Positions 8,018-15,825 of a DNA stretch of 39,011 nt are shown piece after piece. Position 1 is the first letter of the stretch, and each line of letters begins with the position of its first letter. The translations under genes were made by a program, and so were the position numbers. The notes below the pieces were generated by a model. The model did not search any database. It had not been told where the DNA came from and saw nothing but the letters and a program-made list of their open reading frames with translations. This DNA is from a virus (taxonomy: Duplodnaviria > Caudoviricetes): the IMG/VR virus record IMGVR_UViG_3300020044_010657, positions 1 to 39,011 of that record; one strand, written 5' to 3'.

Positions 8018-8819
8018 CGGCAAAGCAATCGTTCTCGCACACCATCAAACACGAATATTTGATTTAAGCGATTTAGAGCCACTCAAACAAGCGCTCAGGT
8101 ATGTTATGACCTTAATCGGGATTAAAGCGGAAAATGTGCCCTCAGAATCGCAAAAAATGGTATTGTTTGATTTCGTCAAGAGTGAACTTGGACATTTTAC
8201 CCCTGAAGAGTTCAGAATCGCTTTCAAACTTGCTGCATCAAAAAAGCTAAATTGTGATGTAGAACACTTTCAGAATTTCAGCGCAGCTTACGTTGGTCGA
8301 ATCATGGACTCATACTCAAGCTACAAAGCAAACGCAATGCGTGAGTTTAAGTCACAGCTTGAGCAAAAAGAACCTGAGCGCGAGATAACTGAAGAGGAAA
8401 AGTCACTTGTGTTTTACGAATTTGTTGAAACTTATATCGTAAAAAAGTTTGAGCATTACAGAGACACAGGTGTGCTTCAAGGAACACTCAGCGGATTTGG
8501 TGCTGTGTTCTCAGCTCTTGAAGAGAAGCTAAAATTGATTGACATTTCAATTGATGAAAAGAAAAGCGTTTACGAAACAGCCAAGAAGATTCATCAATCA
8601 CGAAATGAAAACAAAAAAGCCTCCAGCAAAGATGAGGCTCGTCAGATTCGACAACTCATGGAGAAGACACTCAAGGAGGGCTATGACAACGTGTTTGAGC
8701 ATGAAATCAAAAAGATGTGCTACGAGATGTGCGTGAAAAGTTTTTACGATGAGTTGATTAAAAATAAACGAGATTTACGCCAAATTATTGAACAATTTAA
8801 ACAAGAACAGTATGAATGA
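7947..8819 (+). CDS. Putative helicase-loader / replication protein P analogue
   Basis: 290 aa, overlaps the end of the initiator (lambda O-P-like position); no ATPase motif seen. Confidence 0.55.
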   Translation: MNQLPATTQTIEEQITKMRFGTFSGKAIVLAHHQTRIFDLSDLEPLKQALRYVMTLIGIKAENVPSESQKMVLFDFVKSELGHFTPEEFRIAFKLAASKKLNCDVEHFQNFSAAYVGRIMDSYSSYKANAMREFKSQLEQKEPEREITEEEKSLVFYEFVETYIVKKFEHYRDTGVLQGTLSGFGAVFSALEEKLKLIDISIDEKKSVYETAKKIHQSRNENKKASSKDEARQIRQLMEKTLKEGYDNVFEHEIKKMCYEMCVKSFYDELIKNKRDLRQIIEQFKQEQYE

Positions 8820-9078
8820 AATGGTAAATTACCCAGCGGCAGTTATGTTCATCCTAAAGAACATGTACTTCAATGAATGCACTTTTGAGCCTGAGCTGGA
8901 CGAAGAAGGAAACCAAAAGAAAGACGAAAAAGGTCGTGGAATCCAAAAAGCTAAACATCAAGATGGCAAGACTTTCAAGCAATGGTGTGAATTTCATCAG
9001 CTTGTTGTTAGCGAAAGCACTATTATTAACCCAAATGCTAAGCCTCTAAAAATCGTGAAGCCTGGCATGGTAAAGTAA
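8812..9078 (+). CDS. Hypothetical protein
   Basis: ATG at 8812 overlaps the upstream stop region (track start 8788). Confidence 0.7.
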   Translation: MNEMVNYPAAVMFILKNMYFNECTFEPELDEEGNQKKDEKGRGIQKAKHQDGKTFKQWCEFHQLVVSESTIINPNAKPLKIVKPGMVK

Positions 9079-9083
9079 AATCA

Positions 9084-9353
9084 ATGAAAACATTTTTGCT
9101 AATTATTACAATGTGGTCATGCTTTTTTATCTATGCTTGCGATAAAAATGAACCGCAAGGATATGGAAAAGAAGACTTCTGTAATTGTGGCATGTTGCGT
9201 GAAGACAGCATTCATACAGCATCTCAAACGTATCTTTTCATAATTGAGAACGAATGCTCAGGAAATGAGAAAACCTTTATAGTTGACCCGTTGATTTACA
9301 GCGCATACTACAAAGGAGACAGAATCTGTGTTAACGACCAATCACCTTGGTAA
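9084..9353 (+). CDS. Putative lipoprotein
   Basis: MKTFLLIITMWSCFFIYAC|DKNE signal; four more Cys in the mature part. Confidence 0.7.
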   Translation: MKTFLLIITMWSCFFIYACDKNEPQGYGKEDFCNCGMLREDSIHTASQTYLFIIENECSGNEKTFIVDPLIYSAYYKGDRICVNDQSPW

Positions 9354-9369
9354 ATAAATCAAAATAAAT

Positions 9370-9735
9370 ATGAATAAAGTAATCTTATCAGGCAATGTGG
9401 GGGCAGACCCACAGTACAAGCAGATGGAAAAAACATCAGTTTGTAATTTCAGAATCGCAGTAAACGACAAGTTTAAAAAGGATGCTCCACCAACATGGTT
9501 CACCATCACAACTTTCGGAAAGAGTGCGGATTTCGCAAACAATTACATCAAAAAAGGCACAAAAGTGTTGGTTGAAGGCAAAATTCAACTTGATGAGGTT
9601 GAGAAAGATGGTGTTAAAAGACTTTTTGTTTCAGTAATCTCAGACAATGTTGAGCTTATTGGAGGAAAAGCTGAAGCTCAATCAACACCAGCTGTTTCAA
9701 ATGGTCTTGAAGAAGATAAAAATCTTCCATTCTAA
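9370..9735 (+). CDS. ssb: Single-stranded DNA-binding protein
   Basis: MNKVILSGNVGADP...KKGTKVLVEGKI; acidic tail ending NLPF. Confidence 0.95.
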   Translation: MNKVILSGNVGADPQYKQMEKTSVCNFRIAVNDKFKKDAPPTWFTITTFGKSADFANNYIKKGTKVLVEGKIQLDEVEKDGVKRLFVSVISDNVELIGGKAEAQSTPAVSNGLEEDKNLPF

Positions 9736-9754
9736 TCAAAAAAAAACAACAACA

Positions 9755-10126
9755 ATGAAAAAGTTTTTATTACTGGCTATGGCAGTTAGTGTAATGTCAT
9801 GCAAAAAGGAAAAGTTAGATGAAAACAAGGATATCACAAGTAGTCCTCCAGTTGCCTGCACCTTAAAATTATACAAGGAATACAATCCGCTCGTTGGATA
9901 TGAGTATAAAACATTTACATATACCGATGTAAGCGGAGAGTATCACCTGATTAATAATCCAACAGGAAATGAAATAACCGATGTTGACTTTTCAATGCCC
10001 GTTCGTATCACGGCTTATGGTGGAAATAATCTAAATCCTCAAACCTTATGCGATTGGATGCTTAAAAAGGATGGTGTTGTAATAGATGTGCAAAGCACCT
10101 CATATTACGTTTATGAAAATCAATAA
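9755..10126 (+). CDS. Putative lipoprotein
   Basis: MKKFLLLAMAVSVMSC|KKEKLDE, a Bacteroidota-type lipoprotein signal; true start 9755 rather than 9647. Confidence 0.8.
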   Translation: MKKFLLLAMAVSVMSCKKEKLDENKDITSSPPVACTLKLYKEYNPLVGYEYKTFTYTDVSGEYHLINNPTGNEITDVDFSMPVRITAYGGNNLNPQTLCDWMLKKDGVVIDVQSTSYYVYENQ

Positions 10127-10144
10127 GTTAGCCTTTCACCGCTA

Positions 10145-10211
10145 AGGATGTTAGTTTAAATGGGAAAACGGCTCGATGTAGTTGTTGTGGGTTCGACTCC
10201 CACACATCCTT
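10145..10211 (+). tRNA. tRNA-like element / pseudo-tRNA with truncated anticodon arm (no assignable anticodon)
   Basis: Acceptor AGGATGT/ACATCCT, T8-A9, D-stem GTTT/AAAC with TGG loop, T-arm GTGGG-TTCGACT-CCCAC; only 17 nt between D and T arms. Confidence 0.7.
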
Positions 10212-10224
10212 CTAAATTTTAATT

Positions 10225-10488
10225 ATGAAAAAAAACCTAAGTATTATTGAGAAAGTAGCGATGACCTGGACTTTTCCCATCATGCTTGTAGTATTTTCTT
10301 TATTATCAGTTATGGCAATCTTTCTATTTCTTCTTGCCTCATTCTTCAATATATCAGGAACGATTGGAGCTGCAATTTATCTATTTGACCAAACAAAATT
10401 GATGCTGGTTGGCAGAAGACTAAAAAAACTTGTTAAAAAAGACGAGGAAATACATAAATTTGGAGCAGAGAAAACTGAACAAAAATGA
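10225..10488 (+). CDS. Small membrane protein
   Basis: Long hydrophobic stretch followed by basic C-terminus. Confidence 0.7.
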   Translation: MKKNLSIIEKVAMTWTFPIMLVVFSLLSVMAIFLFLLASFFNISGTIGAAIYLFDQTKLMLVGRRLKKLVKKDEEIHKFGAEKTEQK

Positions 10489-10700
10489 AGACTCCTTTAA
10501 AACTTTTGCTGCAAGAGATAGAAGACAATAAGGAAAATGGATGTCTTTTTCAGTTAAGAGTTATAAAGAATACGATTGAAGAGTTGCTTCAAGAAGAAAG
10601 GAAACAAATCGAAGATGCTTTTTTGCATGGCAAGAGAGATGGATTATTGAACGTACACCAAAAACCTGAAAGTTTTTTTAATTCAAGATATAATCAATGA
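10485..10700 (+). CDS. MKT-family small helical protein, paralogue 1
   Basis: MKTPLK...EERKQIEDAFLHG...FFNSRY; ATGA coupling. Confidence 0.8.
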   Translation: MKTPLKLLLQEIEDNKENGCLFQLRVIKNTIEELLQEERKQIEDAFLHGKRDGLLNVHQKPESFFNSRYNQ

Positions 10701-10987
10701 AAACCGCTTTGCAAACTTTTTTAGACAGCGCAGGTGACAGTATCAAACAGCTTGATTGTGATATGCTTGCCAAGATAAAGGATTTACTCCAGCTTGAGAA
10801 AGAATTAGTTGTTGGAGCTTATGAAGCAGGAATGATTGCCGCTTCAAAAGATTTGAAAATTGACGCTATGGATTATTTTATAAGATTTTACTCAGACCCG
10901 AATGAAAACTCCGATGCAAGAATTGATATGCGGCTTAGCCCTGACACAGGACAAGTCAAAAAACGTAAAAGAAAAAGAATTTCTTGA
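10697..10987 (+). CDS. MKT-family small helical protein, paralogue 2
   Basis: MKTALQ...LEKELVVGAYEAG...YFIRFY. Confidence 0.8.
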   Translation: MKTALQTFLDSAGDSIKQLDCDMLAKIKDLLQLEKELVVGAYEAGMIAASKDLKIDAMDYFIRFYSDPNENSDARIDMRLSPDTGQVKKRKRKRIS

Positions 10988-11156
10988 TTCTTTGATTGAC
11001 CTTGCCATTGACCTTCAAAGAGATGAAAAGCAAACCATAATCAAGGCTTTTAACGAAGGGCAACGGCATGGAATGTTTGATGATGTAATGCCAATTGACG
11101 CAGGAGCGATATACTACAACAAGACTTTTGTAATGAAAAACAATAACAACAAATAA
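10902..11156 (+). CDS. MKT-family small helical protein, paralogue 3
   Basis: MKTPMQ...DEKQTIIKAFNEG...YYNKTF. Confidence 0.8.
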   Translation: MKTPMQELICGLALTQDKSKNVKEKEFLDSLIDLAIDLQRDEKQTIIKAFNEGQRHGMFDDVMPIDAGAIYYNKTFVMKNNNNK

Positions 11157-11158
11157 TA

Positions 11159-11383
11159 ATGACAACAACAAATCGAACACCTATTAGAGAGCTTATTGAC
11201 TCTTTGAATATCGCAATGAAAACGCAGGTTAAAACTGAACATGTAGAGCAAATGCTTTATGACATGCTGGAATATGAAAAATGGGTTATCGCTGAGGCGT
11301 ATGAAAAAGCCTTGACTAACATCACAAATGGCGTTAGTATGGATGGACTTCAGTATTACGAAAGCACATTCGATAACCAATGA
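11159..11383 (+). CDS. MKT-family small helical protein, paralogue 4
   Basis: RTPIRELI...YEKWVIAEAYEKA...YYESTF. Confidence 0.8.
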   Translation: MTTTNRTPIRELIDSLNIAMKTQVKTEHVEQMLYDMLEYEKWVIAEAYEKALTNITNGVSMDGLQYYESTFDNQ

Positions 11384-11751
11384 GAAAGCAAATCGAACAG
11401 CTAAAAGAGTGGAATAAAGCGTGTGATATTGATACACCACCACATTTCATTGCGCTTCATAAAGAGAGAATGCGATTGCGTTATGACCTTATGGAGGAAG
11501 AAAACTCTGAGTATATGCTTGCGGATAATCATGTTGAGCTGGCAGATGCTCTTGGAGACATGCTTTATGTTTTGGTTGGAACTATCGTAGAGCATGGACT
11601 TGCAGATAAGATTGAAGATATCTTTGATGAGATTCACCGCAGCAACATGACTAAGGTGGTCGGTAGTAAAGTCAAAAAGCGTGATGATGGCAAGATTCTC
11701 AAGCCGCAGAGTTATGAAAAGCCTAATCTTGAAAAGATTTTGTTGCAATAA
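11380..11751 (+). CDS. MazG-like / PRA-PH-like all-alpha NTP pyrophosphohydrolase
   Basis: MEEENSEY, ELADALGDMLYV, EIHRSNMTK and DGKILKP motifs. Confidence 0.9.
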   Translation: MRKQIEQLKEWNKACDIDTPPHFIALHKERMRLRYDLMEEENSEYMLADNHVELADALGDMLYVLVGTIVEHGLADKIEDIFDEIHRSNMTKVVGSKVKKRDDGKILKPQSYEKPNLEKILLQ

Positions 11752-11798
11752 TTCCAAAATAGCATATTATTGTGCCCTAATTTATATGAAATCAGAAT

Positions 11799-12107
11799 AT
11801 GGAAAGAATATCCTTTGATGTAGATGGCGTTTTGACTACTGAGCGAGGTAGAAAACTTGCCAAAAGAAAACTACTTGGCGGTTACGATGTTTGGATTGTG
11901 ACTGCAAGAAGGCAAAGCGATGATAACACAGCCTATGACTTTGCCAAAGACCTGGGAATCCGTGATTCGCATGTGGTCTTTACCAACGGAAAAGACAAAT
12001 GGAAATACATTCAGAAGTACAAGATTGAGACTCATTACGACAACAATCCTGAACAGTTGAAGAAAATAAGAGAAAACACAAAAGCTAAAGGCATTCTAAT
12101 CCGATAA
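11799..12107 (+). CDS. Small capless HAD-superfamily protein
   Basis: Motif I FDVDGVL, motif II IVTAR, K, and motif IV-like HYDNN. Confidence 0.8.
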   Translation: MERISFDVDGVLTTERGRKLAKRKLLGGYDVWIVTARRQSDDNTAYDFAKDLGIRDSHVVFTNGKDKWKYIQKYKIETHYDNNPEQLKKIRENTKAKGILIR

Positions 12108-12109
12108 AC

Positions 12110-12277
12110 ATGGAAAGCAAAACACAAACATTTGAACAGCTTAGGTTTAAAAGACTTGACTTGCTAAACGATTTTGTTGATGCAAAGACAGCATTTGCTA
12201 AGCATAATATCACTAAGAAACTCAAGGTGGTAAACATGAAGTTATTTAAACTAACAAACGATACGAGGTATCTATGA
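12110..12277 (+). CDS. Hypothetical protein (55 aa, not in ORF track)
   Basis: MESKTQTFEQLRFKRLDLL...DTRYL; fills the gap, ATGA overlap with the next gene. Confidence 0.7.
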   Translation: MESKTQTFEQLRFKRLDLLNDFVDAKTAFAKHNITKKLKVVNMKLFKLTNDTRYL

Positions 12278-12525
12278 AAAAGAAAACAGAAATGCAAAAA
12301 TTTGTCGAAAGTCTTGAGGACTTTGTCGAGAAGCATAATGTAAAAAATGTAGACAAATATCCAGGCTCTATGGCAATAACGCTAATTGAGGTCATAATTG
12401 AAGAGGCTAAGACAAGATTAGAATCAGAAAAGCAGCAGATTATGGAAGCGTTCCTTGATGGATACAGGTCACATCCATATATGGCTGAATCTTACTTTAA
12501 TGAAACATACGGGGGTGACAAATGA
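12274..12525 (+). CDS. MKT-family small helical protein, paralogue 5
   Basis: KKTEMQKF...SEKQQIMEAFLDG...YFNETY. Confidence 0.8.
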   Translation: MKKKTEMQKFVESLEDFVEKHNVKNVDKYPGSMAITLIEVIIEEAKTRLESEKQQIMEAFLDGYRSHPYMAESYFNETYGGDK

Positions 12526-12812
12526 AGTACAAGGATTTTAAAGACATGATTCAAACGCTTGACTATCAAGCAAAGACTGAAAACAGTCTCTACAAGCTAA
12601 ATGTAGACGTTTACAGTCACTCAGATGGATATAACAAAGTGATAGAGATGCTGATGAGCCATTATTTTGGTAAAGAAGGCTGCGATTGGATTACTTGGTT
12701 CTGCTATGAGAATGACTTTGGTCGCAAAAAAATGGAAGCAACAGACAAAGGCAAACTTATATGCCAAGACATCAAATCACTTTGGGAATATTTAAATCAA
12801 TTGAAAAAATGA
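12522..12812 (+). CDS. Hypothetical phage protein
   Basis: 96 aa, DWITWFCYENDFG...SLWEYL; ATGA coupling at both ends. Confidence 0.8.
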   Translation: MKYKDFKDMIQTLDYQAKTENSLYKLNVDVYSHSDGYNKVIEMLMSHYFGKEGCDWITWFCYENDFGRKKMEATDKGKLICQDIKSLWEYLNQLKK

Positions 12813-13048
12813 TAGATAAAATCTTAGAATGGTTTCCCGAAGAGGAACTACTAAAAATTGATGGATTTGATGACGCAATTATTGGTATTGAGGATTTAGA
12901 TATGCGCCTAATCTATTCATGCTCCAAGATTATTGAAATCCTTCAGCAAGACATGAGCGAAGAAGAGGCAGTAGAACACTTTGAGTACAACATCAAAGGA
13001 GCTTGGCTCGGAGAAAAGACACCAATATTTTGCATTGATAATTTATAG
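12809..13048 (+). CDS. Hypothetical phage protein (DGFDDAIIG...EEAVEHFEYNI type)
   Basis: ATGA-coupled start at 12809 (track start 12761). Confidence 0.8.
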   Translation: MIDKILEWFPEEELLKIDGFDDAIIGIEDLDMRLIYSCSKIIEILQQDMSEEEAVEHFEYNIKGAWLGEKTPIFCIDNL

Positions 13049-13053
13049 AAAAA

Positions 13054-13248
13054 ATGAACACCCACGAGATAATAAAGAACCTAAGAATGAGCGCAAGCTA
13101 CAATCAATGGTACGTTGCAAAAGAGTTAAACATCAGCCAGCCTGAGTATTCAAAACTGGAGAATGGAAAAAGAAAAAAGATAAGCGTTGAATTAGTCAAA
13201 AAATTGAGCGACCTTTACAATATAGACATAGATGTATTTTTTAAATAA
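13054..13248 (+). CDS. XRE-family HTH transcriptional regulator
   Basis: IKNLR...NQWYVAKELNISQPEYSKLENGKRK. Confidence 0.9.
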   Translation: MNTHEIIKNLRMSASYNQWYVAKELNISQPEYSKLENGKRKKISVELVKKLSDLYNIDIDVFFK

Positions 13249-13254
13249 ATCAAA

Positions 13255-13536
13255 ATGGCGAAATGTAAAATCACAAGGGCGACAGCGAAAGGAAAAGCAT
13301 GGAAAGCTGAATGCTCAGTCGAAGGTAAAAAACGAATTATCCAAGGTGGACAAGACACCCAAAGAGGCAAGTGGGGAACACAAGGTGGCAAAACCACAGC
13401 CCAAGTCAAGTCGTTTCTTGCGCGTCATGGAGAGCCTAAAACGGCTAAGCAAAAGATAAATGAAATTAATTGGAAGAAGGGAAGCCAAATCGGAAAGACC
13501 ATCAACGTACCAAACAAGTTCTTTAAGAAGAAGTGA
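13255..13536 (+). CDS. Basic hypothetical protein (SFLARH motif), possibly nucleic-acid binding
   Basis: 93 aa, K/G-rich, A-rich leader, GTGA overlap with the next gene. Confidence 0.7.
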   Translation: MAKCKITRATAKGKAWKAECSVEGKKRIIQGGQDTQRGKWGTQGGKTTAQVKSFLARHGEPKTAKQKINEINWKKGSQIGKTINVPNKFFKKK

Positions 13537-13895
13537 AGCACGAAGAAAGCAATATCCAAAAGAGCTGTGTGGAATGGTTTAAATACAATTTCCCAAAGCA
13601 AGTTATTGCGTCATTTCCCAACGGTGTCTTTATAAGCGGAACACCCGTTCAAAGAGCAAGAAGATGGAATATCCTCAAGGCAGAAGGTGCAATGCTTGGA
13701 ATGCCTGACCTAATAATTTGCATTCCATCGGAAAAGTATCATGGGCTATTTATTGAGATGAAGACTTCAAAAGGTGTTTTATCTCCGAATCAGAAACAAA
13801 CCCATCAGCTTTTAAAAGATGCTGGATACGAGGTAAAAGTATGCCGCTCACTTGATGAGTTTATTCAATCAGTTCACAATTATTTAGAATCATAA
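13533..13895 (+). CDS. VRR-NUC family nuclease (putative junction resolvase)
   Basis: EESNIQ, GMPDL, LFIEMKT..G.LSPNQ motifs of the PD-(D/E)xK fold. Confidence 0.9.
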   Translation: MKHEESNIQKSCVEWFKYNFPKQVIASFPNGVFISGTPVQRARRWNILKAEGAMLGMPDLIICIPSEKYHGLFIEMKTSKGVLSPNQKQTHQLLKDAGYEVKVCRSLDEFIQSVHNYLES

Positions 13896-13907
13896 ACAAC
13901 AACTAAA

Positions 13908-14171
13908 ATGAAAACAGCAATGCAGCAGTTTATCGCTCGGCTAAAGGATGCAAAAGACTCTACCCAAGCGTCAACAATGAAAGTAGTATTTCAAGTAGCA
14001 ATTGAAGAAGCAGAAGCTCTGCTTGAACAAGAAAGCCAACAAATAAGGCTTGCTTATGTGGAGGGAAAAGAACACCACATGAAAGAGAAGAACATCACAT
14101 CTACTGAATACTATAACAGCGTTTATAATTACGATAAACTTAAAATCCAAGAAGATGCTAAAGAAATTTGA
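13908..14171 (+). CDS. MKT-family small helical protein, paralogue 6
   Basis: MKTAMQQF...QESQQIRLAYVEG...YYNSVY. Confidence 0.8.
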   Translation: MKTAMQQFIARLKDAKDSTQASTMKVVFQVAIEEAEALLEQESQQIRLAYVEGKEHHMKEKNITSTEYYNSVYNYDKLKIQEDAKEI

Positions 14172-14550
14172 ATCTGTTACGCAAGAACTAAATCAATTTG
14201 AGCTTGAGTGCGTTGAGTTTCTCGGACAATGGTTTATGGCAAACAAAGGGCGTAAAAACTCCATTAAAAACGCACAGATATCCAAAATAGTAGAGAATAA
14301 ATTTGGTAAAAAACTTGTTGAAGCAAGAGTGAGAAAGGTTGTCCAGGCTCTTAGAATGAATGGACTGCCAAATCTAATTGCATCAGGCAAAGGTTATTTC
14401 TACACGGAAGATATAAAAGAAATTGAAGAGTGGATAATCAGCCTAAAGCAAAGAGAACTTGCAATCCGCACAATTCGTGAAAAAGCTGAAAGACAAGTTG
14501 AAATCATGCAGTTCGCCAAACACGCAAGAAAGCAAATGAACCTTTTTTAA
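14155..14550 (+). CDS. Winged-HTH protein with C-terminal QxxLF
   Basis: IKNAQI...ARVRKVVQALRMNG.P.LIASGKGYF pattern; ends QMNLF. Confidence 0.65.
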   Translation: MLKKFESVTQELNQFELECVEFLGQWFMANKGRKNSIKNAQISKIVENKFGKKLVEARVRKVVQALRMNGLPNLIASGKGYFYTEDIKEIEEWIISLKQRELAIRTIREKAERQVEIMQFAKHARKQMNLF

Positions 14551-14945
14551 GAATTGATTTTTCTATCAATATAGGCTAAGGCTACATGCGATAAAGAAGC
14601 TCCTGGGATAAAATACCACCAGGAGCTTTCTGTATACATATATAGCACAATAAAGCAAGCCGTGAATACATAGACATTCATGCAGAATATGCAATTTCCA
14701 AATGGCTTTGCAAGCACTTTAAATGGACTATTCTCAATTGCCTTGATTACTTTTTGCCAAAATCCAAATATCTGATTCGGTGAAATTAGATAATCAATGA
14801 ATATTGTTACTAAGGCAGCTGCAATAGAGGTGAACGTAACCATATACACCTCTTGAAGCATTGTAGTAGAAGATAGGAAAGCTGTAAGGATTGCTCCAAC
14901 ACAAACTCCTGAGAAAATTGCAATTGGTATTTCTAACTTCTTCAT
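14547..14945 (-). CDS. 4-TM membrane protein with CxxC (DUF1360/VKOR-like motif placement)
   Basis: Start MKKLEIP at 14945 just after the upstream stop; KPFGNCIFC at the start of the third hydrophobic segment. Confidence 0.75.
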   Translation of the reverse strand: MKKLEIPIAIFSGVCVGAILTAFLSSTTMLQEVYMVTFTSIAAALVTIFIDYLISPNQIFGFWQKVIKAIENSPFKVLAKPFGNCIFCMNVYVFTACFIVLYMYTESSWWYFIPGASLSHVALAYIDRKINS

Positions 14946-14946
14946 A

Positions 14947-15243
14947 TTAGCAAATTGGAATAACACCACTAACTTCAAAACAGCAAGCACCATCACTACT
15001 TGTCAAATAAGGAACAGCACTTCCTGGTGGAGTTTTGATTTTTATCATTGTAGTGCTATTCTCATTGTAAGCAAACTCTACTTGAATATTATCTCCTACT
15101 TCAAAATATACAAGGTTAACGCTGAAACCACCGTTAGATGTTATTTCAAAAGTGTAATAACCATCATAAGGAGCGGTAATCCCAAAATCAATTGTATCCC
15201 CTCCAATATAACAACCTAAATTCTTAGTACAGCCGCAGTTCAT
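14947..15243 (-). CDS. Small Cys-rich beta-rich protein, probably virion-associated
   Basis: MNCGC...GACC...PIC; 6 Cys in 98 aa. Confidence 0.7.
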   Translation of the reverse strand: MNCGCTKNLGCYIGGDTIDFGITAPYDGYYTFEITSNGGFSVNLVYFEVGDNIQVEFAYNENSTTMIKIKTPPGSAVPYLTSSDGACCFEVSGVIPIC

Positions 15244-15261
15244 TTGCTTAGTATTTAGTTA

Positions 15262-15269
15262 CAAATATA
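15262..15269 (-). promoter_or_regulatory. Putative -7 promoter element
   Basis: TATATTTG 18 nt upstream of the ATG at 15243; no clear -33. Confidence 0.5.
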
Positions 15270-15270
15270 G

Positions 15271-15825
15271 TTAGCACCCCGAATTGAAACACGGGTTTTG
15301 ACAATAAAATTCCAATGCCATATCTACATCAGCTGTTACATTGAAATCATGAGCAACAAAAATAAGGTTTTTGTCAAAAATCTTTGGTGCTTTTGATTCA
15401 TCAGTTAAAACCTGTATTGAATCTATCTGAGATGAAACAGGTGTTACAGTTGCATTGGCAAAAGTTGATGATACTGGTAGACTCGCGTTCATTAGCACAT
15501 ATCTAATTCTGCTTTCAAGCTCATAGGCATCAACATTCTTCATACAAGCCACAATACGCATTTGATACTCAACCCGAACAAAGTTTTGCATTCCTGTAAA
15601 CTTTTTCTGAGAAGAATCACCATAAGTTATTTCACCTGTTGTTCTGTGGCGAATGTAGAAATAACTATCGTCAAAATCATTAAGACCAGCAAAACGATAC
15701 TCATTTACATTATTATCCTGTATAAGAACCCTGCCTTCTTCATCTAAACGCGCTATTGCTACACCTTTTTTAAACTCAAGTTTTTGTAAAAGGTCTTTGG
15801 CTAAACAATGGATTACATCTTTCAT
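15271..15825 (-). CDS. Putative tail-completion / terminator protein
   Basis: 184 aa, follows the neck gene; call is positional; Cys-rich C-terminus. Confidence 0.5.
   Translation of the reverse strand: MKDVIHCLAKDLLQKLEFKKGVAIARLDEEGRVLIQDNNVNEYRFAGLNDFDDSYFYIRHRTTGEITYGDSSQKKFTGMQNFVRVEYQMRIVACMKNVDAYELESRIRYVLMNASLPVSSTFANATVTPVSSQIDSIQVLTDESKAPKIFDKNLIFVAHDFNVTADVDMALEFYCQNPCFNSGC

Noticed and set aside
10902-10987. 86-nt overlap as a deliberate overprinted domain
   Set aside because: The upstream paralogue's family motif ends before the overlap; a lost stop codon is the simpler explanation.
13232-13459. Alternative + frame ORF overlapping 13255..13536
   Set aside because: Its start lies inside the XRE gene; 13255 has a proper leader and couples to the next gene.
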